Shown here piece by piece: positions 1 to 14,059 of a stretch of DNA of 64,000 nt. The notes under the pieces are model-generated. The model saw nothing but the letters and a program-made list of their open reading frames with translations. It was not told the origin of the DNA and did not search any database. The position numbers were made by a program, and so were the translations under genes. The DNA comes from Octopus vulgaris (lineage: Eukaryota): assembly GCA_951406725.2 (NCBI GenBank), contig OX597821.1, positions 113,894,001-113,958,000 of the forward strand. The letters run 5' to 3'. Numbering within the stretch: the first letter of the stretch is position 1; each line of letters begins with the position of its first letter.

Positions 1-496
1 TTTCTACAATGTTTACGGCGATTCGTTTTTATATCTTGATTTTTTATTTTTCAGGCACTTTACGCATGCTTGCACGCGTGGTGAACACAGTTCACGCCAA
101 ACAGCTGACTGAGTAAAGTTCACTATTCAATGCACGGGATAAGGCCTAAACAAACACATTATCGATTTTTGCACTTGCGAGATGAATTTCGGAACAGAAA
201 TAGCACAGTTCAATTTTCATTCGCCTAAACTTTAAGTGACCCATTTTTGGTGGTTCTACGATTTGTTGGCTAGGAGGAGATGTGCCGGGAAGTTAAACAC
301 ACAGACACACAAGTTGAGTTTTATATATATATATATCGTTTTTATATTCGGTTTGCAAGTTTCTTTATGCGTGAAAATTCGTGTAGTGTAGCACATTTTG
401 TCGTGTCTGGGTGAGGGGAGTCACTCTGTTTAAATGCCTTATTAATTAACACACTCACCGGTTCAATTTCCATTCATTTACTTATTTATTTATTTT

Positions 497-536
497 CTTC
501 TAAAATTTTCGTTGCTTCTTGCAACATCTTCAAAGG
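497..536 (-). ncRNA. Degenerate hammerhead-like motif
   Basis: UUGAAGA-U-GUUGC(AAGAA)GCAAC-GAAA-AUUUUA. Perfect 5-bp stem II and palindromic AAAAUUUU, but C3 is mutated and stem I is weak. Confidence 0.4.
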
Positions 537-720
537 TTGTTAACTCTGTCCGTTATCGGAGCTGCATTCTTTTTGTTTAATTGTGCGTGTGTGTGTGTGT
601 GTGTGTGCGTGTGTGTGTGTGTGTGCGTGTGTGTGTGTGTCGGTGTGCATGTGTGTGCATATGTATGTATGTATGTATGTATATGTATGTGTGTGTATAT
701 ATATATATATAGAGAGAGAG

Positions 721-780
<60 letters not shown>

Positions 781-781
<1 letters not shown>

Positions 782-1600
782 TGTTTCTTTATTAGCCACA
801 CAGGGCTGCACACAGACGGGACAAATTACAAAGTAGAGCATTTCTTTTTGGGGAGAAAAAAAAAGTGGGGTAGGTTTTCGATCAAAAGGGATCGTAAAAG
901 GGAAAGAAAAAAAAGGGAAAGAAAAAAAGAAAAAGAAAAAAAACAATCAATATGGATCGTGTATCACAGAAATGTCATGATGTAACGTGTAAAGGGGGAG
1001 GCAGATAGGGTTTATCCGTGGAAAGAAAAGCCTACGCAAAAGACCACGGTAACCTCGGTCAATAATGTTACATGTTACCACATTTGTTTGCAAGTAGGTA
1101 ACCCTCTGTTTTTCAAGTAGGTAACCCTCTTTTTTTCCGGGTTCGTAGGATTATGCTCAAAGTGGCTTCCTCATTCATAGTGCCATCCTTGCTACATTCA
1201 CCCATCTTTTTATGAAACATTCGCTAGAGAAAACTTGTCTCTCTACTCTCACTTTCCTTTTCAAGTGATACTTGAAGAAGTTGATGAGAGATTGACCAGA
1301 GAGGAAAGTGTTTGTCTCCAATCCTTTCAGACGCGTTCATCAGATACATTCTTTCGCCATAGCCACAAGAATGATGAAAATAGCTCTTCCTTCCCATTTG
1401 AAGGAAGGAGGCGTGAAAATATTGACGACAGACTCGGCTGATAAACCGATTCGTCCCACAAGTGACAGCAGTCTTTCGACATAAGCCCACAGGTTGGAAA
1501 TTGTTGGACACTGCACGAGTGCGTGCAGAACGATTTCGTCGCTCTGACCGCATCTCGAGCAGGTCGGCCTCGTGTTTCTCGAGTCGTGTCTGTAGAGCTT
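781..1600 (-). mobile_element. 5'-truncated, degenerate L1/Tx1-clade LINE (ORF2 C-terminus plus 3' UTR)
   Basis: Minus frame reads KLYRHDSRNTRPTCSRCGQSDEIVLHALVQCPTISNLW, a CxxC-x7-H-x4-C zf-RVT-like motif, with internal stops further on. Ends in AATAAAGAAAC and is flanked on both sides by (AGAT)n. Confidence 0.75.
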
Positions 1601-1646
1601 AGATAGATAGAGAGAGAGAGAGACAGAGAGACAGAGAGACAGAGAC

Positions 1647-1726
<80 letters not shown>

Positions 1727-2316
1727 GGGTTGTTAGATTAATGAGTTTAATAACTATAAATCAATACGGATTTCTGAGTTTAAGATATTAATACGCATTA
1801 ATGTAAATAATGAATTCAATACATTAATATAGATTAGCATAGAGTAATGAATTTAGTATATTAATGTCTACAATATATTAGTATAGATTAATATACACTT
1901 ATGAGTTCAATGTGTTAATGAATTTTGTATAGATTATTGATTTAATTATCCTGGATGTATGAGGTAATAATTCACTGAAATCGATTTATAGTATTTGTTG
2001 AATTAGAGATTTCTTCTAAAGGACTTTGATGCAAACAAAATTGAGAGGCGGGTTTCAGTCAGTGTAGAAATTTGAGAAACAGAGAGAGAGAGAGAGAAAG
2101 AGAAAAAGAGAAGGATATGGAGAATTAGAGAGGGAGAGAGAAGTAGGGAGGGTGGTAAAGGGAGAAAAAGAGAGGAAGCAAAATTAAGTGAAAATGAATA
2201 TAAAACTCTCAAGGGTTTTTCCATGAGAATGTGAAAGAGTCGTCCCAATACACACATTTATGTCTCAATTTGGCGACCAATTAACAACACAGTTTTAATT
2301 ATTTAAATGGACTTAC

Positions 2317-2490
2317 AGCAACAGTTCTGTCTCCTGGTTCTTGGGTCCCTAGAACAATTTCACCCGTCGAATCTATTTTACCACGCTGGTCTCCAACCGT
2401 TAATGATTCCACAAGTTTACAATCTATATACATTTCCACGTTTTCTGTCCCGACAGAAAAGTGAAGTTTATGCCATGATTTCGTGAAAAG
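2317..2490 (-). CDS. Collagen IX/FACIT-like gene, TSPN exon 3 (LFTKSWHKLHFSV...MYIDC...GEIVLG...RTVA)
   Basis: Acceptor cttttgcAG, donor GCT|GTAAGT. 174 bp, phase 0/0. WHKL...YIDC laminin-G/TSPN motif continues directly from the 19232 exon across a ~16.7 kb intron. Confidence 0.93.
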
Positions 2491-3699
2491 CTGCAAAAGA
2501 AGAGCAAACAAACTGTTCAATTCTCTGGTATCGAAATTAATTCAAAGAACAAGTCGAAATTTTACACCGTTTGAAGATATCTGTACCACCATAAACACGA
2601 AAATATTCTTATTTGAAATATTTCGTGATACAGTATAATACCCAACTAACCAAAATAGAATAATGGACTCTTCAGTCCTAAAAGTTAGTTGAGGGTTCTG
2701 CAAATTATTCTTAAACCGCCTGCACAGATGATTTGTTTAACCTGATCAAATGTTTGCGCGGCACATCAGCTCGTTCCCTCAGTCGAAACGACAATGCAGG
2801 TGCACTATGTGCCGCACGTCAGGTGTCGAAGTGATCGCGGAGTGACGTGAAAACTGAAGTGGTTTCGCCAAGAACACAACGCAACATCAAAAACACGATC
2901 CGGGCCTCAAAATAAGGATTTTGCAAGCGTGAACGCAACATCCAAACTGCTAGGCCAGAAGTCGAATAAATATGTGCGAAAACATAATTTATTAAAATAT
3001 CTAAAATGCATGTCACCAATATTCTCAAGATATTTTCGAAAACAAAAAAAAACAAACAAACAAATTTCGAAACTTCTTGATAACTCAATTACCGTCCTAA
3101 ATCTACGTTGCTTTTCCTTAACACATACGGAATGTAGAGCTATGAATCCGATATGAATGAAAAAGAAAACAACAACATCAACAACAACAACAAGAACAAC
3201 AACATGCAAGTACCCTTAACAGCTTTATTCTGGTATATCCTCAGATTTATTTAGCAGTGATAAAATCATTTCCTGTTATCTACATATTTGCTGAGTTTGA
3301 AAAAAAATTGAGTCAGAGCGGCATTTCTAAATGTCAAGGTTATGCACTTCATTCTGCTGGTTTATCTTCATTGCCATCTAATTCTGCATCAGCAAACAAC
3401 GTTTACATTGGCTTTTATGCATTATGTCTCGTTTTTCCTTCAGTATAAGTAAACCGTTTAATGTAAATGGGGTTTATTACGGCTGTGAGAAACCAGGAAT
3501 AGATAAAGGATAATCACAACAGCGGAGAAAAAAATGGCTTATACGTGTACGAATATTTGCGGAGGATACACTGAATAAGTTAGCTGAAATGACTGTGACA
3601 AATAAAATTGTATTTAATAGCTTTGCAATCTGCGTTACTATTTAGCAGCTATAACTCTGAGAGCGGGAACATATATTAAAGGATACAAACTATACAGCC

Positions 3700-3774
<75 letters not shown>

Positions 3775-3956
3775 TCATACTAGCATACGTATATACACAC
3801 AAAGAGAACTCACACATATACATAATACGCATACATGTACGCTTGTATCTATGCATGCATGTGTATACGTAAGTATACATACAGAAATAAATCCTACCGA
3901 GATAGTGTAGCCAATACAGATACCATAGATAAACTCATGGTTTATAAAATACGTAA

Positions 3957-3993
<37 letters not shown>

Positions 3994-4524
3994 CAAGAAA
4001 TATCCCAACACGCACATATCTATCAGTAGCGAAGGGGTGATTCATAAACAACATTCAGTGAAGTCGCCACAATCACTCACTTTCTGAAATGAATGTTTCT
4101 GTGAGGTTGATAGCTTCCATATTGTAAAACCAGCTGCGGTTACCGTGGTAACGTTTTATATTCCAGAGAATCCCCAAACACTAAGTTGGTTTCGTTTTTT
4201 AGTGTAAGTAAGCCTTTCGGTTCGTTTATGAAGAAAAGGCATAGACGTGATACATTTCTTTAATAAAACAAAGGTGTTTTTAAATGTTATTTCTTTTTAG
4301 AAACACTTATTCACAAACTAGCGCTAAAAACGAACCAACGAGGGAGTTGTTTAAGCTGCTAGAAGTAGGAGTCAAAACTCCTCCATTTCACTCCCTGCAA
4401 TCTTTGAAAAGAAAGAGTTTATTGGATAGTGTAATTGTGAATATAGAAAAGAAAAAAAGACGGGTCACAGCGGAAAGCCTACTAGCATAAGTTTGATCGA
4501 TTAGGGTTGAGCTACAGCTAAACT

Positions 4525-4852
<328 letters not shown>

Positions 4853-5314
4853 CTCATCGTCAACAACAACAACACTTCTCTAATACATAAACATATAATC
4901 GGTTAAATAAAACCATCTTAATGACGCCGATGTCTCTTACTACTTCCCCTCTTCTGATCTAGGAGTCTTCCCGAGATTTTCACGATCACCTTCTAAAATC
5001 CACAACGGTAAAATTCATCCCTTTCACCAACGTTTCATCGGAAGGAAGTTAATAATACACTGGAGAAGAAAAAGCTAACATTTATACAACACCAGCATAC
5101 ATACATTCATAGTAATTTCCCTTTGTTTAACGGTCATTTTCATGGCATTTTTGTTTGTCTTAATAACTGACGAAATGCCGGAGCAGATTTCCGCCCCGAA
5201 TCCAAAACTCGGAGTTTTATTTTGGCAACCGAATAATTGTCACATATTATTTTACTGATAAATTCCTCTATTTACATAATATCGAGGTCTCATTCATTCT
5301 TTTGTTGTCTTCCC

Positions 5315-5379
<65 letters not shown>

Positions 5380-5478
5380 TTATTATAATATATATATATA
5401 TATATCTACTAATCAATTAATCATTCTATTTATCACTCTATACATACATATATACATACATGCATACATACATAATAC

Positions 5479-5538
<60 letters not shown>

Positions 5539-6253
5539 GAAAGATAGATTATGATTTCGCTCAGGCATAGTGTAATAATTACACACACACACCCACACGA
5601 TACACGCACAGACGCACGCGCGTGCGTGTGTGTCGTTATCGCGAAGACAAGGGAAAAAGGTCTTATGGTGCGTATTTTTCTGTTCGTATATGAAATAACG
5701 ATTCTAATATACGAATTATCAGCGTCGCAATTATGTCAGTGTGTCTTTTGTTTGCTACGAGTATTAAATTCAACTCCGCACAATATATTTAATGATAGCA
5801 ACTGTCTTAGGTGGGAACTGGTTTCAGGAAGCAGATATCACGACTATATAGGGTAAGTTATAAAAAAAAAGGGATGGATGGATGGGCGTCTTAAACAACA
5901 TTACGTAGTGTTAAACAGAAACCCAATCTTCAAGGCGTTGAATACGAAACAACATATTGAGTGCAGCATATCAAGACGAGAAGTTGCTAGCCAAGCTAAT
6001 TTCTCAGCTGGTAGTGGGAAAATTCTGTAAGACAGAGTGAAGAGTGTCTCAAACCTATTTTTGAACCTGTCTTATATTACTCAATTACATTACGGGATCT
6101 CTCTTTTGTACATCAATGAGATAGGAGCCAGGAGTTAGTAAACAAACGGGAGCACTAAACAAGGCGCGTGATAACCGAAACCTTCCTTTTCGCTTATATA
6201 TGCACGTGTTTGTGTGTGTGTGAGTGTATATATATATATATATATATATATCA

Positions 6254-6307
<54 letters not shown>

Positions 6308-6403
6308 ATATCTATATCTCTATATATATATTTAAATACACATATATAGACAAACAATGCACACATATGCGTATGCACGTATAAACATGCATACATACAT
6401 ACG

Positions 6404-6454
<51 letters not shown>

Positions 6455-6979
6455 CTAGCTCATGTGTGTGTATATACGTATTTAAAAACAAAATCTGTCA
6501 CCGTTTAACCTTTACTCACTTCCCCTTACTTCTTCTCTTCAGCAGAGGAATTTTGTCTGCGAGGACAGCATTATTCTGAAGACAATGCATTAACAAAATA
6601 GCTTGATTGCAATCAACATTAGGAATTCGAAACACTCTCTTGCTCTCGGTATCTGCCTCTGTAATCTTACTGAGCTATATTTGTTATTTACCCATTCGCT
6701 ATAAAGTATTGTTAAGATAAAGTGCTTCAGCTGACAACTGGAGGAAATTCTTTCGAACCAACACATGTGTGTTGCATTTGGGTTTGTATATCCCAGGACC
6801 TATATTTATATATTTATAACTATGGCAAAGGTGAAATGAAAATAATGGCATGAGAAATAACACTATGAGAAAGTTTCCATCGTCATTATTTGAAATTAAC
6901 TAATTTATTAATATATTTCACGCGAACTCTTTATCTTGTCATTCGCAAAGTCTAAAAAATAGAGCAGTAAGACTACGCG

Positions 6980-7016
6980 TCACTGAGGAGGAACAATGAA
7001 ATCGAAACATGTCTGA
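6980..7016 (+). ncRNA. Degenerate hammerhead-like motif
   Basis: UCA-CUGAGGA-...-C-GAAAC-AU-GUC-UGA. Stem I 3 bp, palindromic ACAUGU, poor stem II. Confidence 0.45.
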
Positions 7017-7329
7017 AAATGCATGTCTACTTAGCAAAGATCAGATTATTTTCATATTGCATTTTGTCGTTCAATTTCATATCAATTTAAATACCAAAGT
7101 CAACTCCCATGCGATTCTTCAAAACAAATATCATTAACGCGAGTTTTTTTTTTGTGTTACAGGTGTAATGTTGATTGATTCAAATGTCTTTTGGCAAGAA
7201 AATATTATTTTAAGTAAACAGAAACTATTATTATTTCAAACGTAACTAAAATGAAATAGAAAGTTTGTCGTGGGTTGGGCTACACTTCACACAATATATG
7301 ATGGAGACACTGTCTCGGCGTTTGAGTGG

Positions 7330-7750
7330 CGAAAAGCACACACACATGCAAACACACAAACGCACACACGCACACATATGCACATGTACACGCACATACA
7401 AACATACAAACACACACAAACATACAAACACACACACACAAACACACATAGATATGCACATGCACACACAAACACAAGCACACACACAAACACCCCCACA
7501 AACACACACACACACAAACACTCACGAACACACACACATATGCACATACACACACGCACAAACACACAAACACACAAACACACAAACACGCAAAACACAC
7601 AAACACACACACACACACACACAAACACGCAAACACGCAAAACACACAAACACACACACACACAAACACACAAACACACAAACACACACACACACACACA
7701 CACATACACACACACACAAACACACAAACACACACACATATGCACATATG
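7330..7750. repeat. Degenerate (CA)n/(CAAA) compound microsatellite, representative of dozens of (TA)n, (CA)n, (TATG)n, (AGAT)n and (ATT)n tracts in the window
   Basis: Directly visible. Confidence 0.95.
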
Positions 7751-8121
7751 TAAATATTAAATTTCTAAATATCTCAGAGAGATATGAGCGGAGGTGGAGC
7801 GATAGAACTGTTGTATACTGTCAGCTTATCGTGACAGTCCTGTAAAGGGAATCACACTCACTGCTATTTAGCCCTAGGAAGCATCGACGCTTCCTGTCGG
7901 CTCTGACACATTTCCTGTGTCCTTATATTTACAAAGGGGAGACAAGCACCCCCCAAGAGCCAGGCCTGCATCCAGAGACATGCATGGCTTTTCTGATAAC
8001 TTTTCCACTTATAAACATTTAACTATTAAAGTGGGAAAATATATCAGGAAAGTCATATCTATTCATTTTTTCAAATATGCAATACTCTACCAGAAACCTC
8101 CTATTTCTTTTTCTGTTATAA

Positions 8122-8195
<74 letters not shown>

Positions 8196-8890
8196 GTGTG
8201 TGTGTGTGTCATTGTTCTGTTTTATTTCAAAATTTCTCCCCAATAGGGAAAGACCCGGTTTCTAACCTAGATTCAAAGCTCCTTCATTGGAATTTCAACA
8301 TCAACAACAAAGTACTTTGTATGTATGTATGTATGTATGTATGTATGTATGTATGTATGTATGTATGTATGTATGTATGTATGTATGTATGTATGTATGT
8401 ATGTAGGTATGTATGTATGCATGCATGCATGCATGCATGCATACATACATACATACATACATACATACATACATACATACATACATACATACATACATGC
8501 ATGCATGTATGTATGTATGTATGCATGTACGTATGTGTGTGTGCGTGCGCGCGTAAATAAGTATGTCCTGAGCATCACTTCAAATAGCATCCGTTAGTGG
8601 GAATCTTGTTGGAGACTTCCAGGATTTTGAGGAGTGTGGAAGCACCTCCTGACTATTGTTGATGCCGGGTGTTCGCTGATCCAAGGACCTGTCAGGCAGC
8701 GTTAATTTCATGGTAGAAGTGAGCTGATTATTCAGTTCAGATATTTTCTCACTATAAACAAAAACTTTCTGTAGATTGTTCAGAACGAATTTGCAGAACC
8801 TTCTTTTTCGGACTACAAAAGACTACTGTCATCATATATGTGTGTATGGTTCTGTAAGTGTGTGTTTGTGTAAAGACATATATATACATA

Positions 8891-8968
<78 letters not shown>

Positions 8969-8973
8969 CATAT

Positions 8974-9068
<95 letters not shown>

Positions 9069-9104
9069 TAATACATATATACATACATGTATGTATATAT
9101 ATAT

Positions 9105-9135
<31 letters not shown>

Positions 9136-9258
9136 TATATATAGATAGATATATACGACAGGGCTTCTTTCAGTTTCCGTCTACCAAATCCACTGACAAG
9201 ATTTTGGTCGGCCCGAGGCTATAGTAGACTGAACCCGGAACCATTTGGCTGGTAAGCA

Positions 9259-9339
<81 letters not shown>

Positions 9340-9544
9340 ACGAAAAAAACCCCAAAAGACGAAGTATAACGTATAACGCTCAGGAATTGAAAAAGTCTTG
9401 TACGCTTCGAGCCTACGCTCTTCTACAGAAAGGGAAACAGAAAAAAACAAGGAGAGAAACAAAGAGAGAAAATAAATTAGTGTGTAGTGGCTACCGATCT
9501 ATCATGGCGACATTATATATATATATACACACACATATAGACGC

Positions 9545-9607
<63 letters not shown>

Positions 9608-9702
9608 GGTGTTCTATGTATCTATTAAAAAAAATTAATTATTTTATTTTTATTTACATCATTTACAATGGACGGATATTTGCCCTCATCTTGTTTGTTG
9701 TT

Positions 9703-9748
9703 AACACAACGTTTCGGCTGATATACCCTCCAGCCTTCATCAGGTGTT
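9703..9748 (-). ncRNA. Minimal type I hammerhead ribozyme in PLE pLTR
   Basis: AACAC-CUGAUGA-A-GGCUG(GAGGGUAUAU)CAGCC-GAAAC-GUU-GUGUU. Stem I 5 bp, stem II 5 bp, loop-less palindromic stem III (ACGU). Confidence 0.8.
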
Positions 9749-11647
9749 TTTTGGGGGAAATTTCAAGCCTATGGTATTATTATTATTATTAATATCATTC
9801 AGGTCACTGCCTGGAATCGAACTCGAAATCTTTGGGTTAGTAGGTCGCACTCTTAACCACTATACTCTATGCTCTTGGGCCAATTTGGAGTGAATTTTAG
9901 GACTTATAAATCCAATATCCTCCTATCCTTCCTTAATACCGGTTCCCATATGCTGTTCATATCTGCTCCCGGTCTGCTTAGGAGGTTGTTGTGTCCTAGC
10001 GTATGTGCTGCTTCTTTTAGTTTTCGTATTTTCCAGTGGTGTTCTCTGTCTATTATTTTAACTTCACCCCACAGGGGATGGTGGTTTCCATTTTTCCATA
10101 CAGGATCAGCCATACCCGATTTATCAATATCTCTTCGTGTCACAGCTTTGCGATATTCTTCTACCCTTATTTTAAGGGGACTGCATGTTTCACCTTTGTA
10201 TAACCTACCACAACTGCATGGGATGGAGTACACGCAGTCTTTGGTCATATTCTCTTCTATTGGTGGTTTTACTCGAAGGAGATATTTGCGAAGTGTTGTA
10301 TTACTCTTGAATAGTGTCCTGATGTCATATGGGCTGCATATCTTTTGTATCTTTTCAGAGAGGCCTTTCACATAGGGTAGACAGACTGTGGACAGTTTAT
10401 CGGTTTCATCCTCTCTTCTCTCCCTAATTGGATGGAGAGTATGCTTTTGAGGTAGTTGTTGCTTAATAGATTGTTACTGAGCTTGATCATTTCTTCGTGG
10501 TGGGTATCACGATCGCTACTTATATTCATTGCTCTATGTTTTAGGCACTGAGCAATCCCTCTCTTTACACTGTATGGATGGCGGGAGTTGAAGTTGAGGT
10601 ATCGTCCAGTAAAGGTCAGCTTGCGATATAAGGATGTCCTGAATCCATACTTGGTACGCATTATTAATACGTCTAGGAATACTAGCTGATTGTCTTTTTC
10701 TTTTTCCAAGGTGAACTGTATGGATGGCGTTATTAAGTTCACATGATCTAACAGCACTTGGACATCTTCCTTGTAGGGCCAGAGTATGAAGGTGTTATCA
10801 ACATATCGCAGACATAGGGTTGGTTCTAGTGATGCAGATCCTAAAGCCAAATTCTCAAAGTATTCCATATATATTGGCTCTTATCGGTGATAATGGCGAA
10901 CTCATAGCTAATCCCTCTTGTCCATATATATCAGTGTCCATACTGAAGTTGGTAGTTTCTACACAGGTCAACATTTCCACCAAGTTTCTTATTGGTATAC
11001 TAGTGCTACTTTTAGATGGGTATCTGTCACTAGTTTTTCTTGAATCACCGATAGTGCTTCACCAGTTGGGACTTTGGTGAACAGACTTATCACATCTAGA
11101 CTCACCATCTGGTTGGATTCAGTGGGAGAATTCATAATCAATTCTGTGAAGTGGATGGAATTCTTCACGTACGATGTTGACTTTCCTGCTAATGGACTGA
11201 TTATATCCACAAGGAATCGGCTCAGTGGGTGACATGCTGAATCTCTACAGTTCACTATAGGTCTTAATAGAATACCAACCTTGTGAATCTTAGGAAGACC
11301 GTATATGTGTGGTAGTTTACGGTAGTGTTGAGTCAGTTGTCTGTACTTCATTGGTGTAAAGTGATCCTTCTTCTTGATCAAGCTCTGTGACAACTTCCTC
11401 TCTGTTTTCGAAGTAGGGTCTTTCTTTACTTTGCTGTAGCTACCATCACTTATAAGACTTGCCAGTTTTTCCGAATCAACACTGTAGCATTTCCCTTGTC
11501 TGCTGGAAGTATTATGATGTAATTATCACTCTGTAGTCTTTTGCTAGCGAACGTTTCATCGTTAGTGATGTTTGGTGAACCGGTATTAAGGAAGGATAGG
11601 AGAATATTAGATTTATAAGCCCTGAAATTCACTCCATAATTGCCCAC

Positions 11648-11720
11648 GGGCTTATGGCGTAGTGGTTAAGAGCGCGGGCTAGTAACCCCAAGATTCCGAG
11701 TTCGATTCCATGCAGTGACC
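11648..11720 (+). promoter_or_regulatory. tRNA-like Pol III internal promoter within the PLE pLTR
   Basis: A box TGGCGTAGTGG (11655-11665) and B box GTTCGATTCC (11700-11709). Homologous copies at ~9803-9880 (-), ~50985-51060 (+) and a partial one at ~50675-50708 (-). Confidence 0.7.
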
Positions 11721-11779
11721 TGAATAATAATAATAATAACAACAACATCGAAAAATACCTTAGGAAATTTCCCTCCAAA

Positions 11780-11825
11780 AACACCTGAAGAAGGCTGGAG
11801 GGTATATTAATCGAAACGTTGTGCT
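11780..11825 (+). ncRNA. Degenerate hammerhead copy in the inverted pLTR
   Basis: AACAC-CUGAAGA-AGGCUGGAGGGUAUAUUAAUC-GAAAC-GUU-GUGCU. Core intact, stem II mutated. Confidence 0.65.
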
Positions 11826-12285
11826 ACATAATTCCTCATCTCTTAAATATAGAACCTTTTATTTTTACTTTTAAATGTTTATTGGTAACTCTGTAGATTT
11901 GGTATTTTATTATCTGCCTTAGCCAGTAAAGAATTTAAATGTTTTCTTTAGAGCAGTGATAGCAAATCTATGATATACATGTCAACAGTGAAACGCTACG
12001 GGAGTTTCGGTAACATGCAATAGAAAAAGAAATCTCCCTGCGATAGCATACTGATAAAATCGTGTCTATAGCAGTTACCCAAAACTAATAGACTTGTATA
12101 CATGTGATTTTTAATAGGCTTTTCTTGTCAGAGACCCCGCTGCACAGGAAGGAGCAACGTGAGGTCATTTGTCTACATTGTTACTCAACTAATAATTAAT
12201 AGCAACCAAATCTCTTTCAGCTTCAAGACTCAGCCTTAGAAATGGAATGAAACAATGGGCAGTGCAATAATAAATACGCATAAGT

Positions 12286-12645
12286 GGTGGCGCAATGGCC
12301 CAGTGGTTAGGGCAGTGGACTCGCGCTCATAGGATCACGGTTTCGATTCCGAGACCGGGCGTTGTGAGTGTTTATTGAGCTAAAACACCTAAATCTCCAC
12401 GAGGCTCCGGCAGGGGCTGCTGGTGAACTTTGCTGTATTTTTTCACCACAAATTTCTCTCACTCTTTCTTTTTGTTTCTGTTGTACCTGTATTTCAAAGG
12501 GTCAGCCTTGTCATACTCTGCGTCACGCTGAATCTCCGCGAGAATAACGTTAAGGGTACACATGTCTGTGGGGTGCTCAGCCACTTGCACGTTAATTTCA
12601 AGAGCTGGCTGTTCGGTTGATCGGATTGACTGTAACCCTCGTGCC
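12286..12645 (+). mobile_element. tRNA(Arg)-like SINE
   Basis: Colinear with 42282-42657. Confidence 0.8.
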
Positions 12646-13947
12646 ACAAAATACGCATACATAATACATACATACATATACATTCCAAAGATGGAGCCGT
12701 GTATCTCTGTTGGAAACCGGCTCCCTCCTCAGTGGAAGATTTATAATAATTAAAAAATAAAAGAGACACATACATACATTTCATGGAAAAATGCGAGCGA
12801 GAGAAATAATATCCTTAAGATTATAAACCTGGAAAATTACAGGACAAGTTATTACACGTGGAAAAGTTCAGGACATCTTATTACATCTGGTAAAGTACAG
12901 AACAATAAAAATTTTATTTAAAATATTTCAGCTAAGGATAAAATTTCAAATAAAATTAGCTTTCATTAAAACTAAAGTTGCGACAAAGCTATAAAATGAT
13001 ACAGGAGCACTTGACTCTAATTGCATTGCATCCTATAGCAGAAATAGTGAAACCCAATGAGGTTCATGACACAATCATCCACTCACTTGTCCTTTTAATT
13101 TCTTATTAGTGCTCTGTACTTCATCTACGCCTTTCTGCTGGTGCTTATGTATAATGTGTTCTAACACCGGGTTGTTAGTATCGCTACGTCTAATCGAAAT
13201 AATAATAATAATACTTTCTACTATAGGCACAGGGCCTGAAATTTGGGGGGAGGGAACTAGTCGATTACATCGACCCCAGTGTTTCACTGGCACTTAATTT
13301 ATCAACCCCGAAAGTATGAAAGGCAAAGTTGACCTAGGCGGAATTTGAACTCAGAACATGCAGACAGGCGAAGTGTCTGAAAGCATTTTGCTCGGTGTGC
13401 TAACGGTTCTGCCAACCCGTCGCCTTAATGATAATAATAATAATAATGATAATAATGATAATAATAATAATGATAATAATAATAATAATAATAATTTTAC
13501 CACAAGGACAACTTGGTGGGGGAGGTATTAAGTCGATTACATCGACTCTAGTATTAATAATAATATACAATATATATATATATCCGCCTTAAATGGTATT
13601 ATACAAAAACGATTGGATAATTACGGCAGAAAAATTGTCAGAACTGGCAAAATCGTTAGCATGCTGAACGAAATACTTAGCAGTATATCGACCGTCGCTA
13701 CGTTCTGAGTTCAAATTCCTCCGAGGTCGACTTTGCCTTTTATCCTTTCGGTGACGATAAATTAAGTGCCAGTTTCGTACTGGGGTCGATATAATCAACT
13801 TATTCTCTCCCGCTAATTTTCAGGCCTTGCGCCTATAGTAGAAAGGATCATTAAAGGAACTGAAATTTCGATACGTGTGTGTGTAGTGTGTGCATTAGTG
13901 TAAATACATGCACACACACACGTGCAGATATATTGAGAGAGATAGAT

Positions 13948-14059
<112 letters not shown>

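Larger units (their letters stand above)
9655..11855 (-). mobile_element. Penelope-like element (PLE), frameshifted RT plus GIY-YIG, with 3' pLTR (~9655-9945) and inverted pLTR (~11577-11855)
   Basis: ORF pieces: ILPADKGNA (11450-11570); YGLPKIHK..LRPIV..SLDVISLFTKVP (10989-11393); RYVDN..FTLEKEKDNQLVFLDV..YRKLT (10368-10868); CVYSIPCSCGRLYKGET..R (9904-10371, GIY-YIG). The terminal sequence is repeated in inverted orientation. Confidence 0.93.

Noticed and set aside
1-2316. Next expected collagen exon (F.LQ...C.P...C.ELP) or Gly-X-Y exons
   Set aside because: Not found; presumably lies beyond the window start.
7246-9112. Numerous CV/HT/YI/MYVC-repeat ORFs here and throughout the window
   Set aside because: Stop-free frames of (CA)n, (TA)n and (TATG)n repeats.
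11955-12010. CAGTGATAGCAAATCTATG resembling an hAT TIR
   Set aside because: No matching second TIR or 8-bp TSD found.
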